The notes beneath the pieces are model-generated. The model searched no databases. It was not told the DNA's origin and saw nothing but the letters and a program-made list of their open reading frames with translations. A DNA stretch of 64,000 nt from Camelus dromedarius (taxonomy: Eukaryota): the NCBI RefSeq assembly GCF_036321535.1, contig NC_087437.1, positions 37,698,001 to 37,762,000 of the forward strand. Direction: 5' to 3'. Positions 12,652 through 23,510 of the stretch are shown one piece after another; the stretch's first letter is position 1, and each line of letters starts with the position of its first letter. The translations under genes and the position numbers were made by a program.

Positions 12652-13757
12652 TACTCCATTTAAATTTTTTTCCTGGAGGTTAGAGAATCTTTATTACCTG
12701 CTGTAAGTTGAGTAACTAGTACAAGTTGAGGGATTACTACTACTCAACCATGCAACTGCAAGTAGTTGAGGAACTGCTGTAAATTGAATAACTACCTAAT
12801 ATCAATTGAGTAGACAACTTACAGTGAAGCTAAGGCTTCTCACTTACTTGTTCAAAGGACATTTCTCTGGTGGGCTTAGATACCCTATAGCAGAAAATGA
12901 AATACAGCTTCATGTTTGGCCAGTAAATACTGGGTTATAAGTCTGTTTTACCCAAGCCCAGATATCCTAATTTACCCAAGAGCTTCTTAAAGAGATCGCA
13001 CTAGGGAACAGAGTTACTTTTCACAAGGCATTCCAGATACTGACTGGTCAAGAGAGCATTTGACATTCATCTGACTGTTTCTAAAGGCTACTTTTGGGGA
13101 AATTTAAGATTTTAGTACAACTTGATGCTAATATGTGAGTTTTGGTAAATCTTCTCCAGGTAGCAATAGCCTTACAGTTATCATAGAAGTTGAGGTGTCC
13201 AGAGATCGAGGCATTTTTAAAGAAATGATACATTAGCTTTTGTTTATTTTCTGCAAGGGCATGACCAGTATGCCCTGAAACACACACTAAAAGCTACACA
13301 GTTTTTTGAGATCACATCTTTATGTACATGATTGTGCTGTGGCTCTGTTGTCCCTTAACCCCATTCCTGAAACTCTAAAATCAACTAAATTCTAGAACAT
13401 AGTCTTATAAAATAACTGCCTACCACATACCTTCAACTGCCCCATAATATTTTGGGCAGGGGATTGCCTAAGAATAGGGATTTAGCATTTGACTTGGACA
13501 CTGCTGACCTGACACTCATCATGCTTTGGCATGCCCTGACCCAGTTTGAGCCTGTGATTAATGGACAGCTTCGCTCCTGTTGTCACCGTTTTCTCCCTTG
13601 AACTTCTTATCTAGCCTTTTCCTTTAAAGCATCACACCCTTGTCATGATGTGTACTCTTTCTCTCTTAATATAAATTATTAATGTACTATAAGAGTAAAC
13701 TACTATTTTTGAGGATTTACTATGTGGCGCTAGCACAATTCTAATCACTTTTTAGAC

Positions 13758-13890
13758 TATTAGCTAATATTTATTGAATGTTAACTGATTTCTGATACTG
13801 TACTAAGGCCTTCACCTACATTATCATAGTCTCATCTTCATAAAATTCTGTGAACTATATGTTAGCCCTGTTTACATATTATGAAACTAG
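13758..13890 (-). mobile_element. MIR SINE (antisense)
   Basis: 'tagctaatatttattgaatgttaactg...tactgtactaaggccttcacctacattatc' is the reverse complement of the MIR 3' end. Confidence 0.7.
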
Positions 13891-14346
13891 TGACCACAAT
13901 TATTAGCCAAATAAATAATTTGGCCAGAGTTACAAAATTTTGAAATATTAGAGTTTGTAATTTTCTGATAGCAAGAACCAGAACACCATCTCCTGAAACT
14001 GACTGTTAGTACCACCTCCTTTATAGTATGGCAGTTATGATCAGAATCCATCCCAGGAGGCACCATCAAATGGAAAAGGAATGTTGGTTTGGGGCCATCT
14101 CAACACAACTTCTTTTTCCTTCAGTGAATTTCAGGTAGCCAATGCTTCTGTTCACTCTGACTTCCTTTGGCCCCTCACTTTTTACACTTAAGGATTTTAA
14201 GACTCTGGGGTCATAACAAACTACTCATCCTAAAATTATTTATCATCTGTTTCTTAATAGCTAGAGTTGCTTTACAATCTCCTTTTATTCCTGATTAAAG
14301 CATGCAGTATCTTACCTATGTCAAAAATATTGTGTATATATACATA

Positions 14347-14822
14347 TGACAAAAATTCTTTGCTTGACCAAACTTTAGTCAGGCTCCTGCATGTTCTTGT
14401 AGGCCCATTTATGCACTTCCTTGTAAAATCTAAAATTTTAGCAAGAACCCTGCTAGGTCAGATTAACCACCACCCTTCCCTCAGTATCTCCTCACCCTCA
14501 GTATCTAATCAGGTTACTCATTCTCCACACCCCCTACCATGTGTTGTCTGAGCATTTGATTACTGGTTTGTCTTCAGCAAGAATTCTGTTAAGTCAGTTT
14601 AGCCAGAATCCCCCTTACCTTTGATGTTTTCTCTTAGTAATTTTCCATCCACTGGCTCTCACCTTGTTCTATGGCTGTGCTGTTTTCAGAATTGAACCCA
14701 GTCTCTCTCCCCACACTGTAAAAATCTCATTGTATTGGTCCCTTTAGCCTATTACGATAGTCCTGAATAAAATCTGCCTTAATATCTTCAGTAAGTATCA
14801 TTGAATTTTTTTTTCGTTAACA
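14347..14822 (+). mobile_element. ERV1 solo LTR, MER31 family
   Basis: TG...CA termini. Starts 'tgacaaaaattctttgcttgaccaaactttagtcaggctcctg', has duplicated 'agcaagaa..ctg.taagtcagtttagccagaatccccc' motifs and AATAAA at 14766-14771, and ends 'ttttttcgttaaca'. No clear TSD. Confidence 0.85.
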
Positions 14823-14871
14823 GTTTAATGACATTCAAGTATGGAATATTGATAGCCATTTTGTTTTAATG

Positions 14872-14935
14872 CTTTCTTTCCTTTCTTCTTCTTCCTCCTC
14901 CTCCTCTCCTCTTCTTCCTCTTTCTTCTTCTGTCT
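14872..14935. repeat. Low-complexity (CTT/CCT)n polypyrimidine tract
   Basis: Seen directly: 'ctttcttcttcttcctcctcctcctctcctcttcttcctctttcttcttc'. Confidence 0.9.
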
Positions 14936-16219
14936 TAATTTTTTCACTTTGTCTCTTCATTGCTATTAATTCATTAAAAAAATACTTTCGTGACTAAATA
15001 GGTTCAGAGATCCCTCAGTCCACTCTTTTCCTCCTTGGTTTTTCAGTGTATGCTAAGAATATGTTTTACACCTTTCTTAGAAATATTATTTTATTTTTCA
15101 TGTATTTCCCTTTTGAAATATTTATGAAACACATATCTTGTTACATTCAATTAAAGCATTGGCTTTCTAATTTTCACTTTGGTAGTAGTTTGTACAAAGT
15201 GATCTACCACATAATTCAAAGGACTTCAGAGTAGGTGAGAACCTATGTAAATTGGAAAATAAAGTGTTTAACCAAAATTTTCACACCCCATTGCTTTTAA
15301 TCTTAGTAGAAGAAAAATAGAACATTGATTTATTTCATAAAAACATGTAATTGTTAGAATAGATAGTAGGACAAATTTGAATAAATAATATGTATAGAGA
15401 AGAAGATGTCGGCTTCCTGTTGTTTCAGCAGATTAGCAAATTTCTATATTTCAAAAAGTAGCAATATAAATTGGCTCCTCTGTAATATTCTATTTCTGTA
15501 GACTATTATTCCTCTTTGATTCCTGACATTAATCTCAAGCATCTACTTTGCATAATACCACAAAAAGTTATTCTGTGTCTCAAAAATCATTTCAGTACAT
15601 TTGAAAAATACTCTTATTTGCCTTAGTTATTTCCTTGAAATTTGTTTTTATTTTTAATGTTGATAAAACTGAAGTATATTTAAATAAGAGATTTTCTAAT
15701 TCTGATATGTTAAACTATGGCCACTTGCTATTCTCTCATAACAACGAATCTTCTACCTCTTCCAGCATAAGGTGGAAACTGTGTTATTCTGTAATCTATC
15801 TTGTTCAATCTGCTCTCAAATTACACTTCTATTGGGGAGTGTGCACTTATTTTTTTTTTATTTGCTTTTCTTTTTCAGCCATCACAAGGAAAAGGACTCT
15901 TTTAAAACAAATTGTATAGTTGTTGCACTTAATTAAGGACTGCATCAAAGAAGAGGAATTGAATTAGCACAGCCGGAGGACCTATTTAGTATGTGAGAGT
16001 GTTTGGTGTAAGGTTTCCTAATTTTAAGAACTTAGTAATTAAAAGAATTTAACAAATATTTGTTGAATAAATAAATAAAATTAGCTTTCCTGTGGATGAG
16101 CTCAGTGTCATGGAAAGGATGAGTTGACAGTCAGGCAGAGAAGAGAGCCACCTGAGCCTTTGTTGTCTGCCTCCTTCACCCCTGTACCCTCCATGCTGGA
16201 ATGGGATCAAATGGATCTT

Positions 16220-16410
16220 CCTCTTTCCATTCAGCCTTTTCACAAATTGTAATAGTTTTATTTGTTGCTTTGCTTATTTTGTGTCTGCTATCCTACTGGG
16301 ATGTAATCTCTAGGTGAGCTGAGGGCTATGTCTGTCTACCTTGTTCAAATGTTTAGCCTGGTGACTGTGAAGAAGCACGTAGTTAAAATGTGTCGAGGGA
16401 ATGAATTTAG
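16220..16410 (+). mobile_element. L2 LINE 3' end
   Basis: 'tgtgtctgctatcctactgggatgtaatctctaggtgagctgagggctatgtctgtc...gttcaaatgtttagcctgg...aatgaat'. Confidence 0.6.
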
Positions 16411-17329
16411 CTTCTGCATGAGTTCATTTTGATTCTACTAGAAAAAGGAAAGTGATTCTCTTGGAAGATCTATTTCTTGTCTCATGCATGTATCTGATCT
16501 GAGCAGTAAACTTGCCATAAGCTCACATTCACCATCAACTTTGCAGTCTGTTTTCAATGACATGTATCCTTAACAAAATTGGAATATTTGTTTTCTAGGG
16601 TAATTATTTCACTAAATATCTAGTGTTGCTGGCATTATAACTGCCATGCTGTACTGCAGAAAAGTAGTTGCCTAAAAACCATTTGGCACTGAGATATTTT
16701 GTTTGGGAAACTTTGCATGTCTATCTGGATTCTTGTTACACCCCCCAGCATTGCTATACTGAGAGGCCCTAAATGTTTTGCCCTCATTGAAATGTTGACA
16801 GGAGACTATATGATTAAGGGACCTTGTCTAATTCTCATTTGAGAGGAAAAAGAAAAACAGAGCATCTCCTACAGTTGCCAAGGATAATATAGTTGTGAGA
16901 AACAATCTCATGATTAACTGGGGTCTCTCCAAAGATGAGAGATTGCTTCTGTTAACTATGACTGCTGTTAGTTGAATAATGTACCCAGCAGAAAATGCAA
17001 AACTGAGAATAATGGGTATAAGATATCAAAGCAAAATGGAGATACCATATTGTCCAAATAAGAGGGTTTTATAATTTATACAGGGGACATCAGGTGGCTC
17101 TTGAAAGATTTCAGCCATAGAAACATACAGAATAACTGACAGTTGTCCTCACCCTATCCTTGACTGAGCTGTAACTCAGGAGTCTCTCGGGCTCTGCTTG
17201 TCTCCACTTTCAGTGTCACTACGAGGCTCTTATAATCCCGTACTGGGGCTTTTGGTAACTGCTTACCCTTTGGCCTACCTAGTAACTTCTTATCTTTTTG
17301 CTCTTCCTGCCAATCTTCTTCCACATTAG

Positions 17330-17755
17330 TTCCTTTTAAAAAGGTAACTTACACTATCCAGTAGCTTAAGGAAGTAAATCATTGAGAGCTGTCAAATAGG
17401 CCTCTTCCTAGTCTGGTGACATTTACCTTTCTCCAGTTCATTGCCCTTTGTCATACCCTTTGTCTTCTCCCCTGTAAACATTATTCCATTTATACATTTC
17501 TTACCCATTTAGAATAGTCTTTTTCTTAAACTATGCCTTTCGCCATGCTATTTTTCTTTTCAGAGCCCCTTCCCCTCTCCTCACCTGGCAGACTGCCTTT
17601 GAGCGCCATCTTAAGTGCCATGCCTACTGTGAGTCTTCTTCTGACTCATGCAGAAGTGGATACTCTGAAGCATTGAATTTATACCTCTGTCACAGTAAGC
17701 ATCATTTATATTGTAACATTTGTTTATATGCCAGTCTTCACCACTGGTTTGAGAA
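17330..17755 (+). mobile_element. L2 LINE fragment
   Basis: Pyrimidine-rich L2 3' region, e.g. 'tcacctggcagactgcctttgagcgccatcttaagtgcca...ctgtgagtcttcttctgact' and 'tttgtttatatgccagtcttcaccactgg'. Confidence 0.55.
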
Positions 17756-20700
17756 AACATTTATAAGTTTTCACTGGCAACTACTTTATAAACTTGGCTT
17801 ACTTTTAAATCCCCATCAAACTTTTGTTGCATGAACAAATTATCTTGAGAGACCGGCCTCTCAGCAAATAAAAAAGATAATTTTTTAGCCTTATTGGAAG
17901 AATTCTCCTGGAAACAATGATCTGGAGTATTCAAACCAAATTAAATTAAAAATTGTTGAAACAACAATTTTACAGCAAGCATAGGGAGAGTACAATGCTA
18001 GATACAATAGTACAGAAGGCTTGAAACAATTACCTACTGGTTTCAGAGTTTCCTACCATATTAGGTGAAACATATTAGATAAAATGACACTTTTAAGAGT
18101 TTAGTCAATATCCCAGTAAAGAACTCATCAAGACTTTTAATTTCCACAGAAGTAACTGCTACTAATAGATTCCTCAAGAATTGGTGTCTGAGAAAAATCT
18201 AAGTGCATGGATTCAGAGTGAATGTGGGTTAATTGGTTGCTCAAGGAGATAATATAGATGAATTAATAAAAAGGGCTGAAATCAGAAACCTGAGTACTAA
18301 CAATATTTTTGGAACAGTCAGAAGAAAGTCATTTCCTACATAAACTTATCTCATATTTGCTAGAGTGGATTGATGAATTGATTCCCCCATCTAGATATTC
18401 GTTTTTTCCTTTTAGCATTCATTTATTGCCTACTATTTCCCTGGTTCTCTTGGAATGGAATTATAGAAGCATAATTGTGCATGACACTCCAGCATCACAT
18501 TTAAATTAAAGTATAATCATCATCATTATTTGAAACTTGTCTTGGTCTACCCAGAAACACACATGCTAAATAACTATTTTTTCCTGCTTGAGTTATACTG
18601 GCTGCTTAAGACATTTCTTGACTTAGTCTAAAGCAAAACAACTAAGAAAGTTGGAAAATTCCCGGGTTCCAATTCACATATACAGGATTATTGGCAGATT
18701 ATGCCCTAGGAATGATTCTGGAAAGACTATAGTTTCCCCAATTTGAATTCTAATAGTAAGCTCTAATACCCAAGGTATTGATTAAATTGTGCTTTCACAC
18801 ATTTATTTCCTAAGATAAATATGCACAATCACACATGATTTGTTATTCTATAGCATTTTGATTTTGGCTAGCAAAAAAATACTCAAAAGATCATATGAGT
18901 ATTACTTAATTTCTAAAATGAGTTCTGGAAAATCTTAAAATAAATTTCTTTATATGTGGTGATTCTGTTCACTAAATGAAATTCTAGAACGTGAACTCTG
19001 AGAGGGTATTGATTAAATTGTGCATACATTTATTTGGATATGTCAGAATCTAAAATTCAATTCAATTATATTATAATAATACTTAATAGGACACTTTTTC
19101 AAAGATGGAGACATTTTAGGATCCCAGAAGATTTAAAATATTCAAAATTAGTGATAATTTTGGATATTTATTTGACACAGTTTCCGTAGAATCAGGAAAA
19201 TAAATCCATAATGAAGACCTTGATACAAGTCTATATCAAATATAAACACTGCTATTTGTATATAATATATAATATCACATGAAGGGAAACAATATAACAT
19301 GAATTATTACAGTACTAAAGACAAAAAACAAAGTTACAGCAAGAGCCAATATATTTGTATTGTATAAATAGAAAGTGCAAACTTGTGGTAGCTCTGCTAA
19401 AAGCAAATGTCACCATGTATAAACAATTCTGTTTAGGTCTATCCACTGTTACTTCTGAGGTATTTTGTCAATTGACATGTTACATGGTATAATCTGTGTG
19501 GCAGCCAAAATACCATAATATATTGTTACAGAAAATAGGTAAAATCTACCTACTTATGTATCTCTGATGCTTACTTTCAGTTTAAATCAGAACTCTAAGT
19601 TATGAATAGAGTTGACAAAGGCAAGTGTAGATCTGCTGGCTTACAGGCTTCTGTACCTAAATAAATAACTTCTGTACGTTTTTTTCTCTCTTTAAAAATT
19701 AATATAATTTGAAGGACTTGCTTTCACATGTGTATGTCCTAATAAACCACATTTCCTTTCACACAAGATGCAATTTTTGAACATAGTTGGAAGGTTATAT
19801 TGTTGACTCATAAATGTTCCATTTACCAACCTCTTATTTCTGTAGTGTTAAATGTGTGATTGAGTAACTCAAAATCTGACACTGGGGCCTCATAGAATGG
19901 CCTGTGGTGCTGTGTCTTTGACAAATGTCTGAATGTAATTTCAGTGAAATGTGAATTTAATCTAAGTGCTTCTTTTTTTTTTGAGAGAGATATTTTAAGG
20001 GGATTGAAGCACAAAGATTTTGTATTTTTGTGTTAAAATTGTGCTTTATAAAAGAGGAAGAATATTTATCCTGTAGTCTTTATTTTAACATAATATTTTA
20101 ATAACTGAAATGATACAGATAATTTTTGCATTGCTATTTTTATTCAGCAGCATAAGCAAAACAAGAATTATATCCAGTGCTAATGAAATGGAAGTGATGA
20201 TAGCCCTATCTTAAAATAGGAACAATATAGTAATGTAGTAAGGCGGCAGTTTCTCTAGTGTTTGCCCTAGGGATACAATTCTGCTATGTCATGCTGCCGC
20301 TAATCATAGACTAAGAGCTGGTAGGAGCTAGATGAATGTAGGAGAACCTTTATTTGATTAACTCTAGTAAAGGAAAACTCACTGCTTCATGAGTTCTCAA
20401 TTTCTCTAGAGATGTTGACAACTCCATTAACAGAACAGAGTTTTGAAATGTGTCAGATGAGCCTGAGTTAGAGACTGCAAAATTAATTTTGAACCCCAGC
20501 TAAAGAAATAATTTGAATTAAAGTCTTTGGAAGTCATTGGGTCTATTTACATCCTGTTGTACTAATACAAGTTAAATCAAAAAAAGTTTTTAAAAGATCT
20601 AACAATAGAAACAAGAGATGACATTCTTCATTTTGAGAGAAGGAATAAATGGCATGTCTTGCTTCACTGCTCACCCTAACTTATAACTGTTAAGATTTAT

Positions 20701-22028
20701 TGAGTAACCTCAATACTACATGTTCTATCTGTCATTAGACAGACATGCTTTGAAATTCTTAGGTTCTGCATCAACTAAACTTTCATGCCCGTGCCTTCAT
20801 AAAACCAGATGGAGAATATTACCTGCTAGTTTATCATTTCAATAAGAAAATTTAAAAATAGTCTGTCCTAGGTATGACAGATTATCTATCAGTATATTTC
20901 TGTAGATAAGAAGGTCAAGTTTATAATACACTATTGTATTGTAAAAATAAATAAGTATAGTGGTTTATTGAAAATATTTCCTCATAATTTCATTAATTCT
21001 GTATTTTCTGTTTTGCATTAGATCATTAATATCTCAGGTATTTAGATGACAGTCACTCTAGATGAAAGATGATCAGATTGATTTCAAATTCCTAGTGAGG
21101 TAAAACACAAGTAATAAGAGAAACACAAACATTATGAATCATGTTTTTTGAATGGAAAATCTGTAAATAAGTATTTCTAAGTCTACTGGGGATGAGTTAC
21201 AGGTAAAGAAGAAAATTATTTGTTGTCCTGGGTTTGAAAATTCTTAGGGAGACCAATAGTTCTATAAGGAGGAAAGCTTACCAGCTACCTCAACACTATT
21301 TTTTTATTTACCATTTACTCCAGTTACAACAAATGGTAGCTATTTAGTGCATTTATTTATTCATTGTTTTAGTATTTATGTGTATTTTAGTTATTACATT
21401 TTTAGCTGATTATGCACTTTGCTCTTATTTAGGTACCTTCCGAGATACCCAGTCATTTCCCTCAAGGATCTTAAAATATAGAAGAACAGGGACTACATGA
21501 ACACAGAGAGTTACAGTAATAGCAATGCGTGATATTGCCATATATATGATATACATGTGCTATGCATTTAAAATCTTTTAAACATGTAAATACATCATAA
21601 TAAATGTTTTAATATTTATAATATTAAAATGTCATATACATTTTAGCTGTGGATTCTGCAAAAAGGGATGGTAAAAATAAGACTTAACTCATAATTATCT
21701 TGAGATTAAAATGAAGTAATAAAAATTCATATTACATTACTTGTTCTAAAAGCATCAATTATTGTTGCAGATGTCTGATAGATCATTTTCTATCAACATG
21801 TTCTAAATGTAGTTCTCATTTCTAGGTCTTTTACAGATTTTAATGAAAATTATAAGTAAAATTTTTTTATATTAATCCTACATTTTCAGTTTTCTTCTGC
21901 CATTGTTTCAGCCATACCTTGAATATATACACCAAAAATATCCTTATTTTCTTTATTGGCATGATGGAGAATAAAGAATATAGAGAAAAAAGAAATAATA
22001 ATGGAAACAATTTAAAAAATGATCCTGT

Positions 22029-22150
22029 GGTGGGGATGGGGGGTAGAGTGCATGCTTGGCATGCACAAAGTCCTGGGTTCAATCTGCAATATCTCCATTA
22101 AAATAAATAAATAGATAAACTTAATTACCTCCCCCACCGAAAAAAAAAAA
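22029..22150 (+). mobile_element. tRNA-Ala-derived SINE, camelid Vic-1 type (long form)
   Basis: tRNA-Ala(AGC)-like head 'ggtagagtgcatgcttggcatgcacaaagtcctgggttcaatc', then (AAAT)n, 'aaacttaattacctcccccacc' and poly(A). Imperfect TSD aaaaaatgatcctgt (22014-22028) / aaaaaagatccctgt (22145-22159) at a TTT/AAAA site. Confidence 0.85.
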
Positions 22151-23129
22151 GATCCCTGTCCATAGGGAGGCAGCATTTTGCAGTAAAACCAATGTTCACT
22201 AGACATTAGAAAACAGATTTCTACTAACTAGACTGTAGTCTTGGAGTCACTACATTATAAGCCTTATTTTCTTCTGTGAAAATAAGAGGCAAATGACTAG
22301 ATAGATAGTCTTTTAATGTTATGATTTTAAGAATCCTATAATGTAAATGGAATGGACAAATATATTACAAAGAGCCTTAAGGAAAATTTTCCAAGCACCC
22401 TAAAGCAAGTATATTTAAATTATAGAAGCAAATGGGTTTACGCTTAATTCTTCATAAAGCTTTACTTTAAAAAAAAATAAAAGAAACTAAAGATGGTCTT
22501 TTTGCCAAAAATGAATGCATTCATTCTGCAGATAAATTATAATTTTGTAACAGCTCTGCTATCTCATCTCCTCTGGGTTCGAAAGCATGTTCTGGTTCTC
22601 TAGAGAACACAGTATTTTGGGATTCATCCCAGCTAATAATCAATGCAACACCCTGTGGCAAAAACTCAACACAGCTGCTTCGATGGATGCTGATCTCATA
22701 ATATCTGCAGAATTTCACTAACTCTGGTTTAGCTACTAATAAATGAATGCCTGAGTAGTTTAATACACAGGGGCTGAAAGCAAGTAGAGGAGATGGCCCC
22801 AACAGATGTCAGGAACAATAAATGCTAAAAACCTGGAAATGTCGATGGTCTGAGATAGTGTTCCAGCACAGTGAGTCCCAGAAACTGACAGATAGATATC
22901 AAAGTGAGAAAGATCACTTCTAGATTTTTATGTAACTAGGGGGAAAAAAAAAGCCTTTGCACAAAAACTACAGATGTATATAAGCATTATTTAATGAGAG
23001 AGTCATTTTCCAAAGCTACAGGAATTTGTGATTTTGTGATAACTATTAATACTAGATTTTATACACTAAAGAAGATGACCCAGCTGAACACTGCCCTGAT
23101 ACCAAGACTTTATACATTTGTTAACATTC

Positions 23130-23275
23130 TCAGTTTAACTTTATTGTATTACCTAATTTTTCTCACTAAATCTCCTTTTTTGGATGCTTGTAAGAACCTA
23201 GAGGACAGAGACCAATGCTGTATTCTTTCTATCTTTAGCTTAGAAAGTACCTAGCAGAGTAATTAACATATGATA
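23130..23275 (+). mobile_element. L2 LINE 3' end
   Basis: 'tgtaagaacctagaggacagagaccaatgctgtattctttctatctttagcttagaaagtacctagcagag'. Confidence 0.6.
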
Positions 23276-23289
23276 AACCCACACTGATA

Positions 23290-23510
23290 AAGCTTTATAT
23301 TTAAAAATGCTCTCAAACACATTTATGTATCTTTTTTCTTATAACAGTCTCATAATGAAAACAAAACATATTTTCCATGTTTTTCATAGGAAAATATTGC
23401 AGTTCACAGACTTTAAATGACTTGTCTGAAGCCAACAGCTCCTAAATGATATAACTAGTACTTAAATCCCATTCTCCTCTTTACAAACTTAAAGCTTTGG
23501 TCATCATATC
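23290..23510 (-). mobile_element. MIR SINE (antisense)
   Basis: 'ataggaaaatattgcagttcacagactttaaatgacttgtctgaagccaacagctcctaaatga'. Confidence 0.6.

Noticed and set aside
16899..16909. gaaacaatctc, shared with miR-653 as I recall it
   Set aside because: Only about 11 nt match; the rest of the hairpin does not resemble that precursor.
21867..22206. Three ORFs of 60-71 aa
   Set aside because: They run across a SINE and A-rich low-complexity sequence, with no recognisable protein similarity.
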